NCBI RefSeq assembly: GCF_000018305.1
Contig: NC_009954.1
Coordinates: 690,001-722,000, forward strand
DNA from: Caldivirga maquilingensis IC-167
GTDB taxonomy: Archaea > Thermoproteota > Thermoprotei > Thermoproteales > Thermocladiaceae
Direction: 5' to 3'
Length of the DNA stretch: 32,000 nt
Shown: positions 1 to 9,570 of the stretch, piece by piece
Position numbering within the stretch: position 1 is the stretch's first letter
Layout: every line of letters starts with the position of its first letter
The notes under the pieces: model-generated
What the model was told of the DNA's origin: nothing
Seen by the model: the letters and a program-made list of their open reading frames with translations, nothing else
The model's database searches: none
Translations under genes and position numbers: made by a program

Positions 1-2353
1 TTGATACCACTGGTTTTGTGACTGTTACGGTGCTTACTGCTGTGGTTGTTGCTGTGCTAGTCACTGTTGATACTGCAGTGGTTGTAACAGTACTCACCAC
101 TGTACTAACTGCCGTAGTAGTCACAGTGCTTGTAGTAGTTGAAGTAGTTGCTGATGTAGTCACTGGGGTAGTTGTTGTAGTTGATGTCGTGGTCGTTGAA
201 GTAGTCGTCGTGGTGGTTGTTGTAGTAGTACTTGTGGTTATTATTGATGGAACATACTCTGAGGTTATGTTGAAGTACTGGGCTAGACAATACCTTAACT
301 GGTTTAGGTCTGTTAAGTAACTTGGTGTTAAGCCTAGGAATTCCGCGTAATCAGGGTGCTTGATCCATAGGCTACCGTTAACCATGGCCTCAATCAATGG
401 GGGTACTGCACCAGCTGGGGCGCCACTACCCCAGAAGGCCTCCCATACTGGGGAGCTAATGACCTGATAGTAATAAGCCTCAGCACCGATTATGTATGAG
501 TTATCTGATGGCATTAACTCAATCCTAAGCCACGGTGGTATGTATTTCTCGCACATGGGGTTAGGCACATTGTAAGCCCAGGTGATTAAGTAATTCTTAG
601 GACCAATGTTAACCTCAGCCCTCTTCCAACCAACGGGCACTATTGGAACATAGTAATCATACCAGGCGAATAGAACCTTAAGCAATTCATTATACTGGTG
701 AGTACCTGGTGTTGCGGCATCATATAGCGTGAACCAGTTGGTTAAGTTAATGTACCCAAGAGTTGAGTTAATGCACCAGACTACAGTACCATTGGCAGGT
801 ACTAGGCTACTATTGGCTGAGGGTGGAAGATGTATTACCACTGGTGTGCATGTTCCATTAGGCCACTGGAATGGCCAAGTATAAATCCCCAATTCAGTAA
901 CCCATGGTATCCACTCTAATGGTCCCTGGAATGCTAGGCCGGTTGGATCATAGTACCCTCTACCGTAACTCGACAACGTATTGGCGACCTCAAATTGAGC
1001 ACTTGGGAATATGCTGCTCCAGTATGTGCCAGTATCTAAAGCCAATACCTTAGTGGGTATGCCAAATAAGCTTAATTGGGTTGCCCAGCCTTCTGTTATG
1101 GTGGCCCAATCAGTGAAGCCTGAAGGTGTAATTACGGTTAATGTTAATGGTGTACCATTAGGCAGGTACCATTGGTTACCCTTCTTATACATGCCAATGC
1201 TTTCAAGTAACTCAGCGGCTTTAGTGGTATTGTAACTGCATGGTATTATGAACTGCTTAACGCTGGGTGGGTATGTATCAATAGTGGTTGGGAATACTGG
1301 CGCGGGATAGTAAGATGGATAATATGTACCAATACCCCATACTGCAATTGCGGCTGTTAAGTTAACAGCATAGCATAGTGCCTTTCTGAACTGGGTTGTG
1401 TTGAATGGGTAACCGCCAAGTGGATTAATTGCCATGCCTAATTCCCCAAATTCCTCAACCATGTAGGCCAGTAACCCAGACTTATTAACTACCCCAATCT
1501 GCGCCAGTGAAAGAGCCACGGACGACCACGTGGCCTTACCTGATAATAAGCCTGTTAATGCCTGTGTATTACCGAGAACTTGAACATAATCAATTACTGG
1601 GTAATACTGCCAATCCTCGTATGGGAATATATTATACCATTGCCTCAATATGTTAGGTGGCTCAAGCTGTGTAACGAATGTGGCTGTTCCTGGGTAGAAG
1701 GCCACGAAGTAGTATGGTGCAAGTGACCAGCATGGTGGATTCCACGTGGTTACATTATTAGGGCCATAAACTGTTAAGGCGTACGTGGAGTTCATGGTCT
1801 TCAAGGCCTTAACAACAGGTTCCCAGTAAGGCCATGGTGTAGTTATGGGTTCAGTCAGCATGAATAATATGGTTGTTGGACTCCATGCTGTTAATTGAAT
1901 GGATAATGTGTAGTTATTAATAACCCTTATACCATCAGCATTAACATATGGATACCACCAGTCAAATGCCTTAACCCCAATGTAGAATTCAGCGTAAACA
2001 TCCCAAGCTGTGAAAGGCATTGTGGCTGAGCCATTAAACCAAACTAAGCCCCTACGTAAATGAATTATAATTGTATCATTCTGGGGGAATAATGTCCAAT
2101 TACTGGCTAGGACAGGCCACCATTGACCATTATAAGTATTGTAGTAGGCTAATGACTCCCATGCATTAATAAATGACCAAAGAGCCTTAGGATTCCATAT
2201 ATTGCATATGGGTGTACCTGGGGGTACTGTTAACGTACCGTAGGAGTTCCAGTAAATTATCGTGTACCCGCTTGAGGCGTATGCGATGTTTAACGCTATT
2301 AGAACCATTACTGATGCTACTATTAATAGTACATATGTCTTATGTATTCTCAT
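1..2353 (-). CDS. ABC transporter extracellular solute-binding protein, family 5 (DppA/OppA-like, archaeal sugar/oligopeptide class); C-terminus lies beyond the left window edge
   Basis: Absent from the ORF track because it has no in-window stop. Hand translation from ATG at 2353 stays open to position 2: MRIHKTYVLLIVASVMVLIALNIAYASSGYTIIYWNSYG... This gives an N-terminal hydrophobic signal/anchor and a W/Y/N-rich body with many N-x-S/T sequons. A Thr/Ser linker runs from ~238 to the edge. It shares blocks (LA.NWTL, V.NNYT) with the partial ORF at 31314. Confidence 0.75.
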   Translation of the reverse strand, partial: MRIHKTYVLLIVASVMVLIALNIAYASSGYTIIYWNSYGTLTVPPGTPICNIWNPKALWSFINAWESLAYYNTYNGQWWPVLASNWTLFPQNDTIIIHLRRGLVWFNGSATMPFTAWDVYAEFYIGVKAFDWWYPYVNADGIRVINNYTLSIQLTAWSPTTILFMLTEPITTPWPYWEPVVKALKTMNSTYALTVYGPNNVTTWNPPCWSLAPYYFVAFYPGTATFVTQLEPPNILRQWYNIFPYEDWQYYPVIDYVQVLGNTQALTGLLSGKATWSSVALSLAQIGVVNKSGLLAYMVEEFGELGMAINPLGGYPFNTTQFRKALCYAVNLTAAIAVWGIGTYYPSYYPAPVFPTTIDTYPPSVKQFIIPCSYNTTKAAELLESIGMYKKGNQWYLPNGTPLTLTVITPSGFTDWATITEGWATQLSLFGIPTKVLALDTGTYWSSIFPSAQFEVANTLSSYGRGYYDPTGLAFQGPLEWIPWVTELGIYTWPFQWPNGTCTPVVIHLPPSANSSLVPANGTVVWCINSTLGYINLTNWFTLYDAATPGTHQYNELLKVLFAWYDYYVPIVPVGWKRAEVNIGPKNYLITWAYNVPNPMCEKYIPPWLRIELMPSDNSYIIGAEAYYYQVISSPVWEAFWGSGAPAGAVPPLIEAMVNGSLWIKHPDYAEFLGLTPSYLTDLNQLRYCLAQYFNITSEYVPSIITTSTTTTTTTTTTSTTTTSTTTTTPVTTSATTSTTTSTVTTTAVSTVVSTVTTTAVSTVTSTATTTAVSTVTVTKPVVS
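2..238 (-). repeat. Thr/Ser-rich low-complexity linker-coding tract of the solute-binding protein
   Basis: The minus-strand frame reads ...SIITTSTTTTTTTTTTSTTTTSTTTTTPVTTSATTSTTTSTVTTTAVSTVVSTVTTTAVSTVTSTATTTAVSTVTVTKPVV. Imperfect TTTAVSTV units repeat three times. The antisense strand gives the spurious Val-rich ORF 18..320. Confidence 0.8.
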
Positions 2354-2498
2354 TCACTCCACCACTTATCCCTAGTTATGGATCTTAATAAGTGTTTTTC
2401 TAAGTAGGATTTGAGTAAGTATATTTATTATTAATAGTGCTATATAATGCTATGATTAATGGGCTTAATGCTTATTAAGTAGCTGCGGCTACCTTAAT

Positions 2499-2843
2499 AT
2501 GGCTCAATCGGAGAGGATTAGTAGGGATTACTTCGCCAAGTTGGATTTAAGGGTTGGTAAGGTTATTGAGGCTCAGAGGATTGAGGGTAGTAGGAAGTTG
2601 ATTAAGCTTATTGTTGACTTGGGTGTCGAGAAGAGGCAGATACTGGCCGGCTTAGCGGAGTATTATAAGCCTGAGGAGTTGGTGGGTAGGTTCATTGTGG
2701 TTGTCGCCAACATGGAGCCTAGGGTTATGCTTGGTCTTGAGAGTCAAGGCATGCTACTGGCTACATGCGGTGAGAAGGGTAAGCCCCTCCTATTAACAGT
2801 ACAGGATGCTGATGATTCAAGGATTGGGGAGAAAGTGTGCTAG
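2499..2843 (+). CDS. tRNA-binding domain protein (Trbp111/CsaA/MetRS C-terminal domain-like)
   Basis: 114 aa. The FAKLDLRVGKVIEAQRIEGSRKLIKLIVDLG...ILAGL..YYKPEELVGRFIVVVANMEPRVMLGLESQGMLLA pattern is typical of the OB-fold tRNA-binding domain. Confidence 0.8.
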   Translation: MAQSERISRDYFAKLDLRVGKVIEAQRIEGSRKLIKLIVDLGVEKRQILAGLAEYYKPEELVGRFIVVVANMEPRVMLGLESQGMLLATCGEKGKPLLLTVQDADDSRIGEKVC

Positions 2844-2844
2844 T

Positions 2845-3807
2845 ATGCGTATAGCCGTAGTTGGCTGTGGGGGTTTCGGTAACGTTCACCTTAATGCGCT
2901 TAGGGAGTTGAATAGAAGTGACTTGGAGGTTTACGTTTTCAGTAGGAGTAGGGAGAAGGCTGAGGAGTGTGCTAGAAGGTATTCTGCATCAGGCTACTTC
3001 ACTAATTACGATGACGTGGTTAAGTCCAACGTGGATATTGTTGACTTAATAGTAAGCCATGATATGCATGCCCCAATGGCTATTAAGGCCATGGAAACAG
3101 GTAAGCATGTTATACTTGAGAAACCCATAGCAAGGACCATTGATGAGGCTAATGCAATAATTGAGGCTTCAAGGAGGCTTAAGGTTAAGTTCATGGTTGC
3201 TGAGAACTTTTACTTTGATCCAGCTGTCTGGAAGGCCGTTGAGTTGATTAAGGAGATAGGCCAAGTGCATACTATAATAATTAGGTCAACACACTACGGT
3301 AAACCTGGTGGTTGGAGGAGGGTTAAGGAATTAATGGGTGGTGGAGCATTCATTGATGGAGGAATACACTTCGTGGATACCCTACTGAACATTGGCGGTG
3401 AGTACAATCACGCCTGTGGTTTATCATACAGGACCATTAGTGGAATTGAGGGTGAGGACACTACGATAGGGCTCTTTAGGTTTAGGAATGGGGCTAGGGG
3501 TTTAATAATGTATAGTTGGGGGATGATGCATTCACTCAATGTACCATCCATTGAGGTTTACGGTGAGGGAGGTAGTATTATCGAGGATCCCTCAACAAGG
3601 AGGATTAACGTGAACTACGGTAGGGTTTACGGTGACCTATTGTTTAATGGTAAGGCCATTAACCTACCTAAGGTTAATGTGGTTAAGGCTGAGCTTGAGG
3701 GGTTCATTAAGTCCATTGAGGAGGATAAACCCGTCCCAATGCCCCCTGAGGTTGCCCTTAGGGATCTTAAGGCTGTCCTTGAGGTTTACGGGAATCAATG
3801 CCTATGA
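2845..3807 (+). CDS. Gfo/Idh/MocA family NAD(P)-dependent oxidoreductase
   Basis: The track ORF is 2806..3807. The likely start is ATG 2845 (MRIAVVGCGGFGNVH, a Rossmann GxGxxG), 1 nt after the upstream stop. The EKP motif is present (VILEKPIAR). Confidence 0.85.
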   Translation: MRIAVVGCGGFGNVHLNALRELNRSDLEVYVFSRSREKAEECARRYSASGYFTNYDDVVKSNVDIVDLIVSHDMHAPMAIKAMETGKHVILEKPIARTIDEANAIIEASRRLKVKFMVAENFYFDPAVWKAVELIKEIGQVHTIIIRSTHYGKPGGWRRVKELMGGGAFIDGGIHFVDTLLNIGGEYNHACGLSYRTISGIEGEDTTIGLFRFRNGARGLIMYSWGMMHSLNVPSIEVYGEGGSIIEDPSTRRINVNYGRVYGDLLFNGKAINLPKVNVVKAELEGFIKSIEEDKPVPMPPEVALRDLKAVLEVYGNQCL

Positions 3808-3996
3808 GGCCTTAAGCCTAATTGACTCCCCGTACTTGGCTGCGCATTCACTGCAGGCAATAACCTTGAAATTCATTCCTATTAACTCATCATTAATTAC
3901 AACAACCTTAGCCTCACTTGGTTTAATGGTCCTGAGACAGAAGAAGCACACTAATTCCTTGCTCCTAATGCTTCTGAATCCCCTTGCCCTACTCAT
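3802..3996 (-). CDS. small CxxC...CxxC zinc-ribbon protein (hypothetical)
   Basis: 64 aa with CFFC (17-20) and CSEC (48-51) and a basic N-terminus. It has an ATG start and a TATA-like palindrome about 30 nt upstream. It sits directly downstream of hisS on the same strand. Confidence 0.5.
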   Translation of the reverse strand: MSRARGFRSIRSKELVCFFCLRTIKPSEAKVVVINDELIGMNFKVIACSECAAKYGESIRLKAS

Positions 3997-4021
3997 TATT
4001 AACTAAGGAGTCTTGGATTAG

Positions 4022-4031
4022 CCTTATAAGG
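4022..4031 (-). promoter_or_regulatory. TATA-like box CCTTATAAGG upstream of the zinc-ribbon ORF
   Basis: A/T-rich palindromic element centred ~30 nt upstream of ATG 3996, immediately after the hisS stop codon (4033-4035). Confidence 0.35.
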
Positions 4032-4032
4032 A

Positions 4033-5316
4033 TTACTTAAGGATCTTATCTAAGGGCACGTCCTCCTCACTCCAGGTCTCAAGATCCCTAACCCTAACAA
4101 CACCCTTCTCAACCTCCCTCCGGCCAATTATTATGAACTTCCTCGCCTTAATCCTAGCGGCGTACTCCAGGGCTGACCTTAGGCTTGGTTTACCCACGTC
4201 AACAATAACCCTTAACCCAATTTCCCTCAACTTCTCAGCAATCCTAACACCCATGCCGTAGTAACTACTCTCCATGGGGTACACGTAGTAATCCACTGGG
4301 GGAACACCACCCTGTTCCTCACTTAGAGCCAGCATCACCCTCTCAATACCTATGGCGAATCCAACGGCTGGCACATCCTCCCCTGAATAAACCTTAAGTA
4401 ACTCATCATACCTCCCACCACCCCCCACGGCTAGCTTAATCTTATCGGTGTAGAGTTCGAAGACGAAGCCCGTGTAGTAGTCTAATCCTCTCACTATGCT
4501 TAAATCCAGGTAAACCCTATCCAACACACCATAATCCGTTAAGGCGTTGACGAGGGATTCAACATAGTTAATTAAATCATCACCCACACCTAATTCCCTT
4601 AATTCACCCGTCGAGTTAACTATCGGAGTCCTGGTGCTGGCTATTGCCACTAGGGACTCTGCCTTAGTCTTATCAATACCCTCCCTAATAAGTAGCTTAA
4701 TTAACTCGTCATCAGTAACCTTACCCCTCTTGTCAAGTATCCTTAACACTGATTCCCTAGCAGTACTAATACTCATCTTATCCAGTAGTTGATCCATGAT
4801 CCTCCTATCACTAACCTTCACAGTTAATTGAGGTAAGTTAACTGACTCAAGGGACTTCACCGCTAAGGCCAGCACCTCCGCATCGGATTGAACAGTGGGT
4901 GAGCCTACGTGCTCAACCCCAAATTGGTAAAACTCCCTAAACCTACCGAACTGTGGTTCATCATACCTCCAAACCTTTGAGACATAGTATAGTCTAATGG
5001 GCCTTGGGAAGTCACGCCTATATGATAGGACCCTAGCCACGGGCACAGTCATGTCGAATCTGAGGCCTAATTCCCTACCTGCCTTATCCTTAAGGTAATA
5101 TATCTCGTTAATCACCTCCTCACCCGCCTTAGCCTTCAAAACCTCAAAGTGCTCGAGGGCAGGGGTCTCAATGGCGCTGTATCCGAAGGACTCAGCAACC
5201 CTGGATAACTTAGAGGCTACAGTGATTAGTGAGTAATACTTATCCGGTGTCCAATCATTCATACCCCTTGGTGGTTGAAGCAACCAATCCTCCACATGCC
5301 TCTTAGATGCACGCAT
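4033..5316 (-). CDS. hisS: histidyl-tRNA synthetase
   Basis: 427 aa. The N-terminal PRGMNDW motif, class II aaRS motifs and the GGGGRYDEL motif 3 match HisRS, and a C-terminal anticodon-binding domain is present. Confidence 0.93.
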   Translation of the reverse strand: MRASKRHVEDWLLQPPRGMNDWTPDKYYSLITVASKLSRVAESFGYSAIETPALEHFEVLKAKAGEEVINEIYYLKDKAGRELGLRFDMTVPVARVLSYRRDFPRPIRLYYVSKVWRYDEPQFGRFREFYQFGVEHVGSPTVQSDAEVLALAVKSLESVNLPQLTVKVSDRRIMDQLLDKMSISTARESVLRILDKRGKVTDDELIKLLIREGIDKTKAESLVAIASTRTPIVNSTGELRELGVGDDLINYVESLVNALTDYGVLDRVYLDLSIVRGLDYYTGFVFELYTDKIKLAVGGGGRYDELLKVYSGEDVPAVGFAIGIERVMLALSEEQGGVPPVDYYVYPMESSYYGMGVRIAEKLREIGLRVIVDVGKPSLRSALEYAARIKARKFIIIGRREVEKGVVRVRDLETWSEEDVPLDKILK

Positions 5317-5706
5317 TAAAAAACATAACCTTAATAGTAATACCCTTCCCTCTGGACTAGGGTCATTGAGTGTGCTTACTATTACCTTAAATTATGAAGC
5401 CTAATTACACCCAATGTTATTCAGCCTTCCCAAACATACTCAACAACCAGAATAATATTGGCGAGACAATACTCCTTACCTTGATACAAAACGCCATGGT
5501 TTTAATCAGAGTAAAGTGGTATGGGAATGGTAATTCATAGGTATAGGGTATTAATTCCTATGAAAGCTAACGCGTAAGGTATCACTACATTAAGGCTAAT
5601 TATAGTGAATCTTGAATCCAATGTTGGGTTAATGATATGGTAACGTTCTTTTACGTTGAAAGCATCATTTATTTAAGTCATGATTAAATTTAAATCAGGC
5701 ATGGTT

Positions 5707-5728
5707 GAAAATACCTATCAATAATAGG
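5707..5728 (-). terminator. candidate purT terminator: hairpin plus T-run
   Basis: CCTAT(5714-5718)-N5-ATAGG(5724-5728) sits 24 nt past the purT stop. On the minus strand it is followed by TATTTTC (5707-5713). Archaeal termination uses oligo-T tracts. Confidence 0.25.
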
Positions 5729-5751
5729 AATCTTACTAGCCTCATCTTAAA

Positions 5752-6990
5752 TTAAGTACTCTCTACTTTCACGATACTGGCGGCCTTCCTAACTTTTTCA
5801 ATAGCCTCCTCCACTGTTGAGCCCGTTGCCAAAATAACACCCATCCTCCTCCCCCTGTATGAGTTTGGTTTACCAAATAACCTAACCTGAACTCCAGGTA
5901 TGGTTAAAGCCTCATTAATGCCGATGTAACGAGGGGCCCAGGCTTCATTATCAGCCAGTATTACGTGTGCAGCAGCTGGTGTAGTAACCTTAACCTGAGG
6001 AGTGGGTAGGCCTAATGCGCTCCTTACGTGAACCTGGAATTCATTAATATCAGTACTGGCAAGCGTCACTAAACCAGTATCATGGGGTCTTGGGGCAACC
6101 TCACTGAAGAGTACTCTGCCATCCCTAGTTATTATAATCTCCACCCCAAATATACCTAAGCCTCCTAATTCATTAACCATCCTCACTGCATAATCCTCAG
6201 CGGTCTTAATTATATTACCACTAACACTTGATGGATGCCATGACTCAACATAGTGAAACACACCCCTAGGCCTCTGATGCTCAATCGGTGGTATAACAGC
6301 TGTCACCGTACTGCCTTCACTCGGGTACCTGTACGTTAATACCGTTAACTCCTTATCCACGTCAACGTACTCCTCAACAATAACCCTCCTACTACTCCCT
6401 CTAGCATGCTTAATGGCTTCATTAAACTTGGATTCAACATCACTGGGGTTAACTACAACTTCGTGACCATGGCCGCTGGAGCTCATTTCAGGCTTAATAA
6501 GGCAGGGGTAACCAACATCACTACAAGCTCTCCTAGCCTCCCCAGGGTCATTGGCTACGGCATACCTAGTTGTGGGTAATTTAAGCCGTTCCGAGGCCAG
6601 TAGCCTTAATTCAATCCTATTCATGCATATTTTAACGGCATTGGCGTTCGGGATTATTCTAAACCCCTCATTCTCAAGGTCAATTAAGGCATCTGTGTTA
6701 ATTGCCTCAATCTCAGTAACCACTGCATCCGGTTTCTCCCTCCTCACAATAGCCTTTAAGGCATCGCCATTAAGCATATCAATTACGTAACTCCTATGGG
6801 CTACATGCATGGCTGGCGCCATGTCATACCTATCAACAACAATCACTTCAACACCCATGCGTTGAGCCTCAATGGCAATTTCCTTACCCAATTCACCACC
6901 ACCAAGTATCATTATTCTCCTACCCCCCTCAAGCAATGGTGTGCCGAGCATCACCATCCCCTCCTGAGGCTTTCCCTTAAACTGACCCAA
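5752..6990 (-). CDS. purT: formate-dependent phosphoribosylglycinamide formyltransferase (GAR transformylase 2)
   Basis: ATP-grasp protein with PurT-specific blocks: [64 protein letters not shown]...RRMGV. The true start may be Met12/Met14 (6957/6951), just overlapping the purQ stop. Confidence 0.93.
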   Translation of the reverse strand: MGQFKGKPQEGMVMLGTPLLEGGRRIMILGGGELGKEIAIEAQRMGVEVIVVDRYDMAPAMHVAHRSYVIDMLNGDALKAIVRREKPDAVVTEIEAINTDALIDLENEGFRIIPNANAVKICMNRIELRLLASERLKLPTTRYAVANDPGEARRACSDVGYPCLIKPEMSSSGHGHEVVVNPSDVESKFNEAIKHARGSSRRVIVEEYVDVDKELTVLTYRYPSEGSTVTAVIPPIEHQRPRGVFHYVESWHPSSVSGNIIKTAEDYAVRMVNELGGLGIFGVEIIITRDGRVLFSEVAPRPHDTGLVTLASTDINEFQVHVRSALGLPTPQVKVTTPAAAHVILADNEAWAPRYIGINEALTIPGVQVRLFGKPNSYRGRRMGVILATGSTVEEAIEKVRKAASIVKVEST

Positions 6991-7631
6991 AGCCTTAAGC
7001 CACCTTTATCGAAACCCCTCGGTACCAATGTATCCTCAGCAGCCCTTTCAGGATGAGGCATTAACCCAACCACGTTACGGTTATTATTAGATACACCAGC
7101 CACATTGCCTAATGAACCGTTTGGGTTAAATCCACTGTACTTAAACACAATATTAATGCTGCTTAAGTCAACTGCATGAAACCTACCCTCCCCATGGGCT
7201 ATGGGCATTGAGGCCACTGCACCAGGTTCATAATGTATCGTGAAGGGTGTTCTTGAGTCAATTACCTGAACCTTAACCCACCTTGCAATGAACCTAGGTG
7301 GATCATTAGGCAATAATACACCTGGCAGTAACCCAGCCTCCACCAGGGTTTGGAAGCCATTACATATACCGAGTATTGGCTTACCCTCCTCGGCAGCTTC
7401 CTTAACCTCATTAATAGTCTTACTCCTAGCTGCTATGGCTCCTGCCCTAAGCCAGTCACCGTAACTGAAGCCTCCGGGTAAGATTACTGCATCATAATTA
7501 CTGTGCTTAAACTCGCTGTACCAGATGGACTCAGCCTTAACGTTAATCACGTTATTTAGGACATGGGTTACATCATTATCAGCATTAGTGCCTGGAAATT
7601 TAATAACCGCTACCGTCACCATACTCGACAC
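6951..7631 (-). CDS. purQ: FGAM synthase, glutamine amidotransferase subunit
   Basis: [15 protein letters not shown], the nucleophile elbow GICNGFQ and the MPHPER triad motif are present. The start is possibly Met4 (7622). It overlaps the purS 3' end. Confidence 0.93.
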   Translation of the reverse strand: MSSMVTVAVIKFPGTNADNDVTHVLNNVINVKAESIWYSEFKHSNYDAVILPGGFSYGDWLRAGAIAARSKTINEVKEAAEEGKPILGICNGFQTLVEAGLLPGVLLPNDPPRFIARWVKVQVIDSRTPFTIHYEPGAVASMPIAHGEGRFHAVDLSSINIVFKYSGFNPNGSLGNVAGVSNNNRNVVGLMPHPERAAEDTLVPRGFDKGGLRLWVSLRESLRRGW

Positions 7632-7902
7632 CGAGGACTATTAGCTTATGGACGGTTGGGTTAAATATCCTGAGGTCCCTACATAGATTGGTCACTAGCT
7701 TGATAGCCTCCTCACCATCACTTGACTTAACAGTGAAACTGAGGTACTTGCCACTGGTAACCTTAACCACATAATCAACACCACTGGCTAACACCACATC
7801 CCTCAGTATTGTTTCACCCTCAGGGTCCCTTGAACCCTTAAGCACCACGGCTACGTGAACCTTATACAGGCCTATGGGTTTAATTGTGTTTCCCGCCTCC
7901 AT
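7600..7902 (-). CDS. purS: FGAM synthase PurS subunit
   Basis: 100 aa with V.LK....DPEGETI, typical of PurS. It sits directly upstream of purQ and overlaps it. Confidence 0.85.
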   Translation of the reverse strand: MEAGNTIKPIGLYKVHVAVVLKGSRDPEGETILRDVVLASGVDYVVKVTSGKYLSFTVKSSDGEEAIKLVTNLCRDLRIFNPTVHKLIVLGVEYGDGSGY

Positions 7903-7973
7903 AATATTAATTGATTAAAAGAATATTTAAACTTTTCCGATAATTAATTATCTTATTAAGTTAATTAATTTAA

Positions 7974-9446
7974 TTACGAGTAATCATACACTGCAACATC
8001 CCTGCCAGGCACCCAGTCAATCCTAACCCTCCCCAATCCATGGCTCCTCCTCCACCTGTAAACCTCCCTGACTAATTCAGCGTCCCTAATCCTCCTCTCC
8101 ATGAGGCTTGGTTCACCCACATCAACCCTATGTATCAGCTTCCAGTCACTGGACTTAACCAGTGAGATGCATTCCTCAGCCTTAGCATGAGCCTCACTGT
8201 AACTTGACCCAGTGGCCAGTATTTCAACGGCCCTAGAGCCCAGCGTCCTATACTCGCCATTAACGTACTCCACTGAGCCGAAGTAAAGCCCACACCCCAG
8301 TTTCTTAATGCCATTGAAGTCAATGCTAATCCTCCTCCCAGCGGCTAAGTCTCTTCTATGCGGGTAACCTAGGGGTGCTATCGCCTTGGCCACAGTGACC
8401 TCGTTGCTGAAGGAGTAATTGAATGATGGTAACCTCCCCTCCACTGCTGCTTCAATTAATTCAAGGAAATCCCCCCTCAATAGGGCTAGTGCATTTAAGG
8501 CCTCAGGGTCACCTAACCTACTGTAGTACTCTATGAGTGTTGGCCCATAGGATGTTAACATGAATTGACCTGAAAGCACACCCACGTACCTTAACCCAGT
8601 CTCCCTCTGTAGGGCATTGATAGTGCTCTTAACAATATTAACGCTCTCCCAGTACTCATCATCCCTTAGGAAGGGTAATCTAGCTCCTGGACCAGCCACA
8701 CTACCCATGCCTCCGCATTCAGGTCCAATGTCGCCATCAAAGGCATGTGGGTGATCTTGAATGGGTGGTAGGGGAAGAATGTTTACTCCATCGGTTATCA
8801 CTTGAACAGTGTACTCGACACCACTTACAGTCTCCTCAACAATAATTAAGTCTTCTACGTCACCGTACTTAAGCACATCATTAGCAGCATCAATTAATTG
8901 AGTCTCCTTAGCGTCATTAACTCCATCCCTTAAGTAAGCTTGGTTAACCCAGAAGACCCTAACACCCTTACCACCACTCTGCCTAGCCGGCTTAATAGCC
9001 ACTGAGCCTGCGTTCTTAACGTACTCAATAGCCTCCTCCACGCTTCTAAACGCCCTATAGGCTATCCTACCTGGGATCCTATACCTCCACATCAACCACC
9101 TGGCGAAGGCCTTACTCTGCTCAATCCTAGCTAACCTACTTAATGCACCGAAGGTTGGTACACCCATTTCCACAGCCTTATCAGCAACACCAGCGAACTG
9201 TGGTTCCTCGGGTCCAATTACCACTAAGTCAGGGTTAATCACATTAATGGCCTTAACAACCCCCTCCTGGTTAAGTGGTCCAATTACCAGTGAGCCACCG
9301 GTGGATTCGACAATTCTCCTTATCCCAGGGTTAATATGGTTAACCAGGGCGCTGATTCTTGGTTCATTTACACTTCTTGATAAGGCTTCAGCAATAGCGT
9401 GTTCCCTTGCTCCATCCCCAACCAACAGTACTTTGCTTTTTATCAT
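7974..9446 (-). CDS. purD: phosphoribosylamine-glycine ligase (GAR synthetase)
   Basis: VLLVGDGAREHAIAEAL N-terminus with an ATP-grasp core. At 490 aa it is longer than typical bacterial PurD because of a C-terminal tail. Confidence 0.92.
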   Translation of the reverse strand: MIKSKVLLVGDGAREHAIAEALSRSVNEPRISALVNHINPGIRRIVESTGGSLVIGPLNQEGVVKAINVINPDLVVIGPEEPQFAGVADKAVEMGVPTFGALSRLARIEQSKAFARWLMWRYRIPGRIAYRAFRSVEEAIEYVKNAGSVAIKPARQSGGKGVRVFWVNQAYLRDGVNDAKETQLIDAANDVLKYGDVEDLIIVEETVSGVEYTVQVITDGVNILPLPPIQDHPHAFDGDIGPECGGMGSVAGPGARLPFLRDDEYWESVNIVKSTINALQRETGLRYVGVLSGQFMLTSYGPTLIEYYSRLGDPEALNALALLRGDFLELIEAAVEGRLPSFNYSFSNEVTVAKAIAPLGYPHRRDLAAGRRISIDFNGIKKLGCGLYFGSVEYVNGEYRTLGSRAVEILATGSSYSEAHAKAEECISLVKSSDWKLIHRVDVGEPSLMERRIRDAELVREVYRWRRSHGLGRVRIDWVPGRDVAVYDYS

Positions 9447-9570
9447 TAATAATAAAATAAGTTACCTATTTTTAAATTTAATTTTTAAATTATTAAGGTA
9501 TGTTATTTAATGGTAATGAGGTTTTATGTTGAATTATTTACCATAAAAATTTAAAATACATGACGCATTA

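Noticed and set aside
18-320. 100-aa Val-rich ORF on the plus strand (and the 61-aa ORF 105..290 on the minus strand)
   Set aside because: It is the antisense or out-of-frame shadow of the Thr/Ser linker of the solute-binding protein. The extreme low complexity (poly-V) is produced by reading ACN codons backwards.
1011-1235. 74-aa plus-strand ORF
   Set aside because: It lies entirely inside the uninterrupted minus-strand solute-binding-protein frame and has no independent signal.
3006-4006. ORFs 3006..3194(-) and 3632..4006(+)
   Set aside because: They are antisense or out-of-frame to the Gfo/Idh/MocA gene and the zinc-ribbon ORF. Their Leu/Ser/Arg-rich composition is typical of shadow ORFs.
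5394-5540. 48-codon ORF (MKPNYTQCYSAFPNILNNQNN...) in the long purT-hisS spacer
   Set aside because: It is short and N/Q-rich, with no TATA at the right distance and no recognisable motif. It is kept only as a note inside the spacer finding.
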